Below, one piece after another: positions 8,410-17,475 of a stretch of DNA of 45,459 bases. The stretch lies in assembly GCA_010024125.1 (NCBI GenBank), contig RGHP01000001.1, forward strand, positions 1 through 45,459. The letters run 5' to 3'. The notes under the pieces were generated by a model. It had not been told where the DNA came from. It saw nothing but the letters and a program-made list of their open reading frames with translations, and ran no database searches. The translations under genes were made by a program, and so were the position numbers. This stretch comes from Gammaproteobacteria bacterium. Its GTDB lineage: Bacteria; Pseudomonadota; Gammaproteobacteria; Pseudomonadales; Litorivicinaceae. Each line of letters opens with the position of its first letter. Within the stretch, counting starts at the first letter, position 1.

Positions 8410-9497
8410 GCGTCATTCGAGGAATCGAACTCCGACACCTCAGCCTCCCTCTTATCAAACCCTATGCACTGAGCTATAGGACGTTTGAATCGTTCGAGCC
8501 TTATCTCGTCAGAATCATCACGGACGACGGTCAAGAGACATTTGGCGAGCAACATATTTCTCCCGGATCCAGCTCTGAAACACGCGAGGGAGGTTGGTCT
8601 TTTCTGGCCTCATCGGCCGCCGCGATGATCGGTTCGGACATCAACACAGCCTTTGAATGGTTAAACGATAAACGATCACAAAGCCCCGTGGCAGCAACCG
8701 CCCTACTAAACGCGTTAGATCAAATCAAAGAGCCAGGACAGTGGACTCCAGAAGGTCATCTCCGCATCCCGGTTTTAACCGCGTTTTCAGCAACGACACC
8801 GGAACAGATTACGACAGAACTCGATGAGAAAATTGAACTCGGGTTTCGAACTTTCAAGATTAAAATTGGAAAAGACGTGAATGAGGACAAGAAGAGAGTT
8901 CGCGTCATCCAGGACACACTCAGAAATCGAGGCACGATACGCGTAGACGCGAACCGAGCATATTCTGCGCAAGACGCAATCGAGTTCAGCCAAGTACTTG
9001 ATCCAGATGTTTGTGAACTATTTGAGCAGCCTTGCGACACCTACGACTGGGACGGTAACGGCCAAGTGGCGCAAGCGTCCCCTGTTCCATTAATGCTCGA
9101 TGAACCGATCTGCAGCATCGCGGACATAGAGCGCGCGGCAACGATGCCCGGAGTCGGATTTTGTAAGGTCAAACTCAAGCGCTTTGGCTCATTGGTTGAC
9201 TTGTGTAACGCCATCGAAGCAGCACATGGGCTAGGTCTTCAAATAGTACTTGGCGATGGCCTAGGTTCAGACATTAATTGCTACCTCGAGGCACTAGTGT
9301 CTGAGCGATATCTGCACCGCGCGGGTGAGTTCAACGGTTGCTTCAAGATTCGAGATGACTCACGGATCTTAACGCCACATCTCAAGTTTGAGGATGGACA
9401 CATGATTCTAGAAAAATCAGCGCCCTTGAATCTAAACAAACGAGTCATAAACGCCAGAACAGTTCGGGAAGCAATGTACGGAGAGACGGAGAACTAA
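8406..9497 (+). CDS. Enolase-superfamily enzyme, muconate lactonizing enzyme / epimerase subgroup, substrate unknown
   Basis: KxK motif TFKIKIG, metal ligands in RVDANRAY, FEQP and LDEP, second Lys in KVKLKRFG. Confidence 0.85.
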   Translation: MSVIRGIELRHLSLPLIKPYALSYRTFESFEPYLVRIITDDGQETFGEQHISPGSSSETREGGWSFLASSAAAMIGSDINTAFEWLNDKRSQSPVAATALLNALDQIKEPGQWTPEGHLRIPVLTAFSATTPEQITTELDEKIELGFRTFKIKIGKDVNEDKKRVRVIQDTLRNRGTIRVDANRAYSAQDAIEFSQVLDPDVCELFEQPCDTYDWDGNGQVAQASPVPLMLDEPICSIADIERAATMPGVGFCKVKLKRFGSLVDLCNAIEAAHGLGLQIVLGDGLGSDINCYLEALVSERYLHRAGEFNGCFKIRDDSRILTPHLKFEDGHMILEKSAPLNLNKRVINARTVREAMYGETEN

Positions 9498-9498
9498 G

Positions 9499-10341
9499 AT
9501 GAAAATCACGCAACTATCCCCCAACATTGGAGCCAACATCGACGGTGTCGACCTTGCAAAACCTCTCACCCGAGACGTCATAGGAACGATCAAAGCCGCA
9601 TGGGATCAACACCTCGTCCTACGATTCAGAAACCAGTCGATCAATGATGATGACTTGCTCCGGTTCAGTAAATATTTTGGAGAACTTGATCCGCCAGGCC
9701 CAAATCCATACGGGGTTACATTTTTGCCGGAATATCCCGAGATCAACGTCATCTCAAACGTCAAGGCGGACGACGGGACACCAATTGGAAATCTCGGCGA
9801 CGGAGAGGCAGTCTGGCACGCAGACATGACTTATATCGAGCAACCCCCTGTGGCCGGAATCCTTTACTCGCTGGAGGTGCCGCTGGGCCAAGGTAACACC
9901 TACTTCAGTAATATGATCCACGCATACGAGGCACTACCCGACGCTCTTAAAAAAGAGATCGGTGGGAAAATTTTGATCCATGACGCGGCACATAACAGCG
10001 CAGGAATGCTACGAAAAGGATACAGCGAAGTTACCGACCCCTCTGAAACACCGGGCGCAAGACACCCGATGGTTTGGACAGACTCCAGAGGCAAACAAGC
10101 GCTGTTTCTCGGCCGTCGACCGAACGCCTATGTTGTGGGTCTGAGCGCGGATGACAGTAACCAACTACTCGATGAAGTTTGGTCGCGCGCAACTGACCCT
10201 AAGTGGACCTGGCACAACGAGTGGCAGGTTGGGGACCTCGTTATGTGGCAAAACCATCTTGTGATGCACAGACGAGACGCGTTCGATGGAAACACTCGAC
10301 GGATCATGCATCGGACGCAGCTGAAAACATTTGCCGCCTAA
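9499..10341 (+). CDS. TauD/TfdA-family Fe(II)/2-oxoglutarate dioxygenase
   Basis: GANIDGVDL, HxD in WHADMTY, distal His/Arg in WQNHLVMHRR...RIMHRT. Confidence 0.9.
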   Translation: MKITQLSPNIGANIDGVDLAKPLTRDVIGTIKAAWDQHLVLRFRNQSINDDDLLRFSKYFGELDPPGPNPYGVTFLPEYPEINVISNVKADDGTPIGNLGDGEAVWHADMTYIEQPPVAGILYSLEVPLGQGNTYFSNMIHAYEALPDALKKEIGGKILIHDAAHNSAGMLRKGYSEVTDPSETPGARHPMVWTDSRGKQALFLGRRPNAYVVGLSADDSNQLLDEVWSRATDPKWTWHNEWQVGDLVMWQNHLVMHRRDAFDGNTRRIMHRTQLKTFAA

Positions 10342-11309
10342 CAAGAATCGAGATCAACAACCCTGCCCACGTCTAGGGCCCTCGCTCTTTCTAGAGCCAG
10401 TCCCGCCATCGCGACGTCGCAGACCGCCATGCCTTGGATCACGGCCAGCGTCACACCACTGCAAATCGATTGGTATTTTTCAGGGTCGAGTGCCACGTCA
10501 CCAATCGAGGCCGTCGTTCGAGCCTGAATCTGATCGACACTTAAATCGTCAGATTTCACCCAATGATGAAGATCGCCCTGCTTAAGCGCGTAGCCCAAAT
10601 CGTCAAGAATGAAATGCTGGCTGCGCTGCCAGGTGGTGAAATCAAACTCGGGCACGCCACCCATGGACAGCGCGACCGCTCCGTTCCGCAGCCAATCACC
10701 TTGAATAAAGGCACTACTTGCCTTGGTGATTGTCAGCACCGCCTCCGCGCTTCGTACCGCTGGCTCTATCGCTTGGATACTCATTCTGGAGGCGACGGAG
10801 TTTGGCAAACTTTCTCTGAATAGTCCGCCACGTACCTCATCGCGACTACCCAAAATAATACTCGCGTCCGGAAACGCGTGACCCAGCGCGATGGCGCATT
10901 CGAACCCTATCTTACCGGCCCCGATCAGGGCAATGACCTGAAGATCTGGACGTAACCAACGGAGTGTCAGAGCACCAGTCACTGCCGTGCGTCTCCGGTG
11001 TAGCCAGTTCTCGGCGACTAACCCCTCGGGTTGGCCAGTCTGAGAGTTCACTACCCAAGTAAAATAGGACCCAGGACTCGCCAGCCGGAAGCCAGCGACC
11101 CCAATATCCCCGAAGTGAGCTCCCTTTAATCGGCATTTTTTTGGCTGATCAGATGGTAACTCAAGATACAGAGAGCTCGGCTCCGAGAGAACCGAACCCA
11201 CTCGGCCGTAGTATCGGTAAGCCTTAGCGCACACCTCAAAGCAGGCATCAATTTCGTCGTCCAGGCAACGCTTCACGGTTTGCTCTGACAAGATCCTCAA
11301 CTCAGCCAT
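10338..11309 (-). CDS. Divergent ornithine cyclodeaminase / mu-crystallin family protein (NAD-dependent imine reductase or deaminase)
   Basis: RRTAVTG, Rossmann motif IGAGKIG, C-terminal QGMAVCDVAMA. Start taken as ATG 11309 with GGAG upstream, 1 bp after the preceding stop. Confidence 0.75.
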   Translation of the reverse strand: MAELRILSEQTVKRCLDDEIDACFEVCAKAYRYYGRVGSVLSEPSSLYLELPSDQPKKCRLKGAHFGDIGVAGFRLASPGSYFTWVVNSQTGQPEGLVAENWLHRRRTAVTGALTLRWLRPDLQVIALIGAGKIGFECAIALGHAFPDASIILGSRDEVRGGLFRESLPNSVASRMSIQAIEPAVRSAEAVLTITKASSAFIQGDWLRNGAVALSMGGVPEFDFTTWQRSQHFILDDLGYALKQGDLHHWVKSDDLSVDQIQARTTASIGDVALDPEKYQSICSGVTLAVIQGMAVCDVAMAGLALERARALDVGRVVDLDSC

Positions 11310-11310
11310 T

Positions 11311-12129
11311 TTAAGAATCTCCCAACCATCGGTCTTGATCGACGAAGCGGTCACGGTCCCCCAAAGGGCTTAACAAATCAGACACAGGCTCTGAGTTACC
11401 GTTCTCGACGATTGACCTCAGAATTGATTCGGTCGCCTGAATGCAGGCCCGCTGAACATCAGACGGTACAATCATGTATCGGTACCCAAACTTTTCTAAT
11501 AAGTCTGGACTGGTGTAGGGAGTCTTCCCGCCGGGGAACATGTTGATCAAGACCGGTACATCGAACAAACCAGGTATTAACTCGACTTGTTCCGCTGTCT
11601 CTGGGGCCTCAACAAAAACAACATCTGCGCCTGACTCGACCATTGCTTGTGCGCGCGAAATTGCCAGTTCGAATCCTTCGATCGCAATCGCGTCGGTTCT
11701 CCCAATGATCAAAAAGTCATCAGATCGCCGCGCTTTTACAGCGGACTCAATTTTGCGACACATCGAATCTTTTGAAATGAGCGACTTACCTTCAAGGTGA
11801 CCGCAACGTTTTGGGAAGCTCTGGTCTTCAATATGTACGCCCCTGATGCCCGCGGCCTCAAACATTTGGACCATCCGTCGGACATGCTGAGTATCACCGT
11901 ACCCGGTGTCTCCATCTGCCAAGACTGTCCCATCAAATGCCCGCACTATCGATTCAAGCCTAGAGGCCATCTCAGTCATCGAGACCAACCCAAGGTCCGG
12001 TAACCCAAGACTCCGAGCAATGGCGCCCCCACTGGCGTATATCGCCGTGGCGCCCACGTGTCTCGCGATCGATGCGCCCAGCCCGTCATATACGCCAGGC
12101 AGGATAGTCAGCGTTTGCTCATCATTCAT
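11311..12129 (-). CDS. Isocitrate lyase / PEP mutase superfamily C-C lyase (methylisocitrate or 2,3-dimethylmalate lyase type)
   Basis: PGVYDG, YASGG..G.PDLG, DGDTGYG, HIEDQSFPKRCGH, RTDA, FVEA. Confidence 0.9.
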   Translation of the reverse strand: MNDEQTLTILPGVYDGLGASIARHVGATAIYASGGAIARSLGLPDLGLVSMTEMASRLESIVRAFDGTVLADGDTGYGDTQHVRRMVQMFEAAGIRGVHIEDQSFPKRCGHLEGKSLISKDSMCRKIESAVKARRSDDFLIIGRTDAIAIEGFELAISRAQAMVESGADVVFVEAPETAEQVELIPGLFDVPVLINMFPGGKTPYTSPDLLEKFGYRYMIVPSDVQRACIQATESILRSIVENGNSEPVSDLLSPLGDRDRFVDQDRWLGDS

Positions 12130-12142
12130 TAATAGTACCTAA

Positions 12143-12153
12143 ATTGTTAACAA
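12143..12153. promoter_or_regulatory. Putative GntR/FadR operator ATTGTTAACAA upstream of the lyase gene
   Basis: Exact TTGTTAACAA at 12144-12153, 14 bp from the ATG. Confidence 0.65.
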
Positions 12154-12218
12154 AAATTTTAGCGATATACCCTGTGTATAAAAATTCTATCGGGTTTTTC
12201 GAACAAAGGTCACAGATT

Positions 12219-12229
12219 GTGTTGACAAT
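12219..12229 (+). promoter_or_regulatory. Operator-like GTGTTGACAAT containing a TTGACA (-35-like) hexamer upstream of tctC
   Basis: One mismatch to the box, TTGACA at 12222-12227. No convincing -10 found. Confidence 0.45.
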
Positions 12230-12310
12230 ATACATCGCTTTCGTGAACCTAGGGCAAGGTATCCGAGATACCTTTAGTTCGAACTTAAACCAATAATAAA
12301 GGGGAACACG

Positions 12311-13303
12311 ATGATTCCTATGAATACTCTCAAGAAGACTACCTTTGCTGTTTGCGCAACCTTCGCGTTGTCGTCAACAGCGTTTGCCGCCTCCCATGGC
12401 GACAAAAAGAAAGATCCACCGGTTTGTGACAAGCCAATCGAAGTCGTCATCCACTCGTCGTACGGCGGGGGCACAGACGTTACTGCGCGGATGATGATGA
12501 TTCGCTCACGTCGCACACTCGATCAAGACATGTTCGTGATCAGTAAGCGTGGTGGATCTGGAGCAAAGGCCCAGAACTATGTTCTGTCTAAGCCTGCAGA
12601 CGGATGCACAATCATGGCGCTGACTCAGTCCCACCTATATACGATGGCACAGGGTAAGTCGGACATGAAGATAGACGACATTGTCGGCGTAGCTCGCGCG
12701 ATGGACGACCCGACGTTCTTGGTTGTTGGTGCGAAGAGTGAAGCAAAAACACTCGAGGACCTTATCGCAGCATCAAAGAAACGCACCCTGAATTTTGGTG
12801 TGGCACAGGTCGGCGGTACCGAGCATATTGGACTAGCGCAGCTTTCAAAGGCGGCCGGTATCAAGTTTAAGGTGGTTCCATTTGGCTCGGGTGGTGAAAT
12901 GCTTCAGGCACTCTTATCTGGAGCAATCGACGCGACACTACCGAACGTGAGTGAGGCAGCGACGTTAATCGCCGACGGATCTGTTAGACCTCTCGTGCTA
13001 CTTGCCGAAGAGCGCCTACCAGACTACGCAGATGTTCGTACGTCTTTCGAAATGGGTTACCAGGTTAAGACCTCTACAACCCGCGGATATGCTGTTTTGG
13101 CTAAGACTCCAAGAGACAAGGTAGAACAGATCTCTAAGGGGCTTGTCAAGGCAATGTCCCACGAAGTGTTTGCCAACTACTTGGCTACCGCTGGTCTAAA
13201 AGTTGAGACAAGCGTCGCGGGGACTGACGTTTGGGACAAGGGCCTCAAAGAAGAGTATGCGAAAGCTGCAGAGGCTCTAAAAGAGCTTGGCATTATTAAG
13301 TAA
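12311..13303 (+). CDS. tctC: Tripartite tricarboxylate transporter substrate-binding protein (TctC/Bug)
   Basis: Signal peptide, GGGTDVTAR, KPADGCT, VPFGSGGE...LLSG.ID; first gene of tctCBA. Confidence 0.9.
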   Translation: MIPMNTLKKTTFAVCATFALSSTAFAASHGDKKKDPPVCDKPIEVVIHSSYGGGTDVTARMMMIRSRRTLDQDMFVISKRGGSGAKAQNYVLSKPADGCTIMALTQSHLYTMAQGKSDMKIDDIVGVARAMDDPTFLVVGAKSEAKTLEDLIAASKKRTLNFGVAQVGGTEHIGLAQLSKAAGIKFKVVPFGSGGEMLQALLSGAIDATLPNVSEAATLIADGSVRPLVLLAEERLPDYADVRTSFEMGYQVKTSTTRGYAVLAKTPRDKVEQISKGLVKAMSHEVFANYLATAGLKVETSVAGTDVWDKGLKEEYAKAAEALKELGIIK

Positions 13304-13321
13304 TACTACAGGAGCACGTTG

Positions 13322-13852
13322 ATGGACAATCAAAACTCAACAGCTCCAACAACTGACGATGCACGGGCCAATCGGCTCGTGCATCCAGTTGATCTGGCTG
13401 TAACAGCAATCATTCTGGCCGGTGTAGGCTACCTCTTTTACGTGACAACACAATTTGACGAGGTGTCTCCACTCTTTGCTCAAAACATTCAACCGGCGAT
13501 GTACCCGCAACTGCTGCTGTGGATTATCGCGGCATTATCTTGCTTCTTACCGTTCGAACATATTCTTCTAGCGAAGAAGGGTAAAAACATCGATAAAGAC
13601 CGCAGTGAATCAGTTCATCCGCTTACGAAGATAACTATCGCGTTCCTCATAGTTGTGGTGCTTGCGGCTCCTTATTTGGGGATGCTGCTGACAATGATCA
13701 CAATCTGTCTGGTAATGCCTCGACTCTGGGGCTACAAGAAGTTGGTTACAACTTTGCTCTTCGCGGGAATATTTCCCGTCGTTGTTTCTTTAGTTTTCTC
13801 GAAAGTCCTGAGTGTCTATTTCGATTCTGGGATTTTTGGTATCACCCTATAA
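13322..13852 (+). CDS. tctB: Tripartite tricarboxylate transporter small membrane subunit
   Basis: About 4-5 TM segments with a P..YP motif, lies between tctC and tctA, AGGAG RBS. Confidence 0.85.
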   Translation: MDNQNSTAPTTDDARANRLVHPVDLAVTAIILAGVGYLFYVTTQFDEVSPLFAQNIQPAMYPQLLLWIIAALSCFLPFEHILLAKKGKNIDKDRSESVHPLTKITIAFLIVVVLAAPYLGMLLTMITICLVMPRLWGYKKLVTTLLFAGIFPVVVSLVFSKVLSVYFDSGIFGITL

Positions 13853-13874
13853 CAATTAAAAAGGTTCAAGTCTG

Positions 13875-15359
13875 ATGGACGCAATCATTGAAGGTTTCTC
13901 TCTCCTTTTAGAGATTGAGAATATTATCTTAATCACGCTCGGCGTTTTGATTGGGGTTTTGGTCGGGGCACTCCCGGGCCTCAGCTCACCGATGGCTATC
14001 GCCCTCTTGACCCCATTCACGATTCAGTTGGAACCGATTCCAGCCATCGCCATGATGGCTGCACTGTACTGTGCAGGCACCTTTGGCGGCTCCATCACAG
14101 CGATTTTAATTAATGCACCGGGCGCCCCACCAGCTGTCGCCACCGCTCTAGATGGGTATCCGATGGCCAAACGAGGGGAACCCGGCCGAGCGTTGGGCCT
14201 CGCGACTGTTGCGTCTGTCTCCGGTGGCATCATCAGCCTGATCATCTTCATCGTGGCCGCGCCTACTCTTGCCGCTGTGGCGCTAGAGTTTCGCCCGCCT
14301 GAGTATTTTGCGCTGGCCGTCTTCGCGCTTTCAATGCTTGCGTCTATGACTGGAAAGAGCTCCCTACGTAACCTCATTGCTGGGGCTGTGGGCGTGCTTC
14401 TAGCGACGGTCGGCATCCATCTCACAACAGGGGTCGAACGCTTCACTTTCGGGATCCCAGATCTTGATGAAGGTATCCACTTTGTGCCGGTGCTTATTGG
14501 CCTCTTCGCAATGGGCGAATTACTTAGCCAGTCAAGTACCCTCAATGATGCTGTTGAGCGTATCGAAGCGAAAGCCATGAAGCTTCCGACCTGGGCTGAA
14601 CTCAAAGAGCTGAAGAATTGCATACTGCGCTCATCGGGGATCGGGACGTTTATCGGGATTCTTCCTGCCGAAGGATCAACCGTCGCTGCAATCGTCGGAT
14701 ATAACGAAGCTAAGCGCTTCAGTAAAAAGAAAGATGAGTTCGGGACAGGGACGCCTGAGGGAATCGTAGGCCCTGAGGCTGCAAACAACTCAGCAGCCGG
14801 GGGTGCCATGGTCCCTACATTGGCGCTAGGTATTCCAGGGTCAGGATCCACCGCTCTTATCCTTGCCGCGCTGATCATGCATGGTTTTAGACCGGGACCA
14901 TACCTCCTGAACGAGACGCCCGAGTTTTTGTATGCCATTTTTGGAGCAATGCTGTTCGCGAATATCGCGTTCCTGGCCATAGGATTGGCTGGTGCTAAAT
15001 TCTTTTCACTTGTGACGTTTATCCCCAAGCAGATTCTATGGCCTTCGGTCTTCATCTTCGCCGTCATAGGAGCCTACTCATCGAGCTCGTCATTCGTTGA
15101 CGTGTATGTGATGTTGGTCGCTGGCCTGATTGGATATTTCATGAACCGGCATGGGTTTGGTGCCGCGCCACTTGTGATGGGATTAATCTTAGGAAAAATG
15201 GTCGAGGAAGCGTTTAGTCAGTCGATGATTATTTACGACAATAACTTCCTAGCCCTGATGGAGAGTCCGATCGTTCTGTTCTTCTTCGCACTAACTGCTT
15301 TGAATCTCTCGACACCCTTCTGGACAGGTTTCAAAAACAGAAAGGCGGCGAAGGCATGA
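13875..15359 (+). CDS. tctA: Tripartite tricarboxylate transporter large membrane subunit
   Basis: GALPGLS, GGSITAILINAPG, DGYPMAKRGE, PEAANN, PTLALGIPGS. Confidence 0.93.
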   Translation: MDAIIEGFSLLLEIENIILITLGVLIGVLVGALPGLSSPMAIALLTPFTIQLEPIPAIAMMAALYCAGTFGGSITAILINAPGAPPAVATALDGYPMAKRGEPGRALGLATVASVSGGIISLIIFIVAAPTLAAVALEFRPPEYFALAVFALSMLASMTGKSSLRNLIAGAVGVLLATVGIHLTTGVERFTFGIPDLDEGIHFVPVLIGLFAMGELLSQSSTLNDAVERIEAKAMKLPTWAELKELKNCILRSSGIGTFIGILPAEGSTVAAIVGYNEAKRFSKKKDEFGTGTPEGIVGPEAANNSAAGGAMVPTLALGIPGSGSTALILAALIMHGFRPGPYLLNETPEFLYAIFGAMLFANIAFLAIGLAGAKFFSLVTFIPKQILWPSVFIFAVIGAYSSSSSFVDVYVMLVAGLIGYFMNRHGFGAAPLVMGLILGKMVEEAFSQSMIIYDNNFLALMESPIVLFFFALTALNLSTPFWTGFKNRKAAKA

Positions 15360-16096
15360 CACAGTCAAATTCCGTCGCGGTCGTCACCGGTTCAGCCCGT
15401 AATATTGGCCGGGCGACCGCCATCAAACTTGGAGAACTCGGCTTCAACGTGGTGGTGCATACGAATAACGATGCCGAAAATCTCCAACAAACTGCGGACC
15501 TAGTGAGACAAACCGGAGTGCAGTGCGCAACCGTGGTTGGATCTTTAGATAATCCAGATACTGTTGTTGCCCTAGAACGCGCGTGCAAGACTCTCGGTCT
15601 CTGTCAGGTACTCGTGAATAACGCCTCGGTCCGTAAAACCAAACCTTTTCTGGAAATGACACTTGAAGAATGGCAACAGGTTTTTCGCATCAACAGTGAT
15701 GCGCAGTTTATGTGCACCCAACAATTCCTTCCCGATATGCTCGGTTCAAAATGGGGTCGAGTTATTTGCCTGGGTGGTTTATCAGCCCACACAGGCGCGC
15801 AAGAGAGGGCCGCCGTAGTCAGTTCTAAATCAAGCGTGCCCGGTCTGGTGCGGGCACTTGCGGTGGAGTTCGCGAATTCCGGGGTGACCTTCAATTGCGT
15901 GGTTCCTGGTCACATCGACACACACCGAACCGCTGAAACAGGCGCTCGGTTGAAGCATCCAAGTTTTGAAGGAAAAAATGTTCCCTACGGGCAGCCATCT
16001 GATATCGCGGCTGTTATTGGGATGTTAGTCGGACCAGACAGCGGATTCATAACCGGGCAGACAATTCACGTTAATGGCGGAGCCTTCCTACCATGA
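15356..16096 (+). CDS. Short-chain dehydrogenase/reductase, atypical (no catalytic Tyr)
   Basis: VVTGSARNIG, NNAS, NCVVPG.IDT, FITGQTIHVNGG. The YxxxK position reads VVSSK. Confidence 0.85.
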   Translation: MTQSNSVAVVTGSARNIGRATAIKLGELGFNVVVHTNNDAENLQQTADLVRQTGVQCATVVGSLDNPDTVVALERACKTLGLCQVLVNNASVRKTKPFLEMTLEEWQQVFRINSDAQFMCTQQFLPDMLGSKWGRVICLGGLSAHTGAQERAAVVSSKSSVPGLVRALAVEFANSGVTFNCVVPGHIDTHRTAETGARLKHPSFEGKNVPYGQPSDIAAVIGMLVGPDSGFITGQTIHVNGGAFLP

Positions 16097-17475
16097 ACTC
16101 TGTAATTCTTGCAGAACATATCGCCGCTATCTCCACTAGCCAAACCGCAAATATTCCAGAATCAGTCAGACAGATGTTGCAGCGAGTCACACTCGATGCG
16201 TATGGGCTGATGTTTTCTGCTCGCAACACAGACTACATTCAAGCGGTCGAATCATCATGCATCGATAACGGAAACTCGACCGCGTTTGGTCATGGGTCAC
16301 GCTTCACAATGCAAGATGCTGCTCTGATCAACGGGACAGCAATCCACGGAGAGGATTTCGACGACACGTTCGAGGGAACTCCTGTCCATGTATCATCTGT
16401 GATCGTGCCAACAATTCTGGCAATTGCCGAACGTGAAGATGTCTCTCCAGATACCTTTATCAAGTCGATGGCGTTCGGCGCGGAGCTGATTTGTAGGCTT
16501 GCTTTGGTTGCCCCGACGGCGGTTCATCGCCAAGGATTCCACCCAACGGCAATCCTAGGAGCATTTGGCGCAAGCCTAACAGCATCGGTTGCGTACGGGC
16601 TTAGTCCGCAGCAGACCGCGTCAGCGCTTGGAATTGTTGGCTCCATGGCCTCTGGCATTATCGAATACCTTGCTGAAGGCACATGGACCAAGCGAATGCA
16701 CCCCGGCTGGGCTGCCTCAGCCGGCATTAAATCTGCAGTCATGGCGAAAGCAGGTTTCACAGGGCCTCGTACAGTGTTCGAGGGTACTCATGGACTATTC
16801 AAGGGCTTTGCTTCGGATTCCGTTACTCCAGAGTTCGGTCATCTAGAATCATTCGGGGATGGTTGGGTTTCGGCAGGCCTTGCTTTTAAACCCTATGCTT
16901 GTGGGACCATGACGCAACCGTTTGTTGACTGCGCGCTACAAGCGGCAAAGAAATTAAGACCCGAAGATATTAAAGATATCCATGCTCATGTCGGTGAAGG
17001 TACCGTGCATCGCCTTTGGGAGCCACTTGAGGAAAAACGAAATCCATCCACGCCCTATGGCGCAAAGTTTTCTGTTCCTTACTGTATCGCAATTGGTCTT
17101 CTCGATGGGAAAGCAGGATTAAACGAATTCACCGAAGAACAACTTTCAAGAAATGATATTCGGTCAGTCACCTCAAAAATCACCTATTCAATCAACCCGG
17201 AAGATCCATACCCGGAAGAGTATGTGGGATGGATAGACGTGATTGACACCGAAGGAAACACGCACACCTTCACGCAGTCGTGTCTGAGAGGTGGCAAGCA
17301 AGAGCCAATGTCTCAACAGGAGCTCGAGGATAAGTTTACAAATAATTTGGTGTTTGCAGGTCTCGATACGCATGACATTGAGTCAGCACGAGATTGCGTT
17401 AACCAGCTATTCAACTCAAACAACAACATCCGAGAGTGTGTCAAAGCACTCGCAATGATCGGAGAAAAATCATGA
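16093..17475 (+). CDS. MmgE/PrpD-family protein (dehydratase / isomerase / epimerase)
   Basis: AALINGTAIHGEDFDD, GFHPT, KRMHPGW, FKPYAC, AKFSVPY. Confidence 0.9.
   Translation: MNSVILAEHIAAISTSQTANIPESVRQMLQRVTLDAYGLMFSARNTDYIQAVESSCIDNGNSTAFGHGSRFTMQDAALINGTAIHGEDFDDTFEGTPVHVSSVIVPTILAIAEREDVSPDTFIKSMAFGAELICRLALVAPTAVHRQGFHPTAILGAFGASLTASVAYGLSPQQTASALGIVGSMASGIIEYLAEGTWTKRMHPGWAASAGIKSAVMAKAGFTGPRTVFEGTHGLFKGFASDSVTPEFGHLESFGDGWVSAGLAFKPYACGTMTQPFVDCALQAAKKLRPEDIKDIHAHVGEGTVHRLWEPLEEKRNPSTPYGAKFSVPYCIAIGLLDGKAGLNEFTEEQLSRNDIRSVTSKITYSINPEDPYPEEYVGWIDVIDTEGNTHTFTQSCLRGGKQEPMSQQELEDKFTNNLVFAGLDTHDIESARDCVNQLFNSNNNIRECVKALAMIGEKS

Noticed and set aside
14024-15067. 347-aa minus-strand ORF
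   Set aside because: Lies wholly antisense to tctA. Long open antisense frames are common opposite well-conserved genes, and it has no domain signal.
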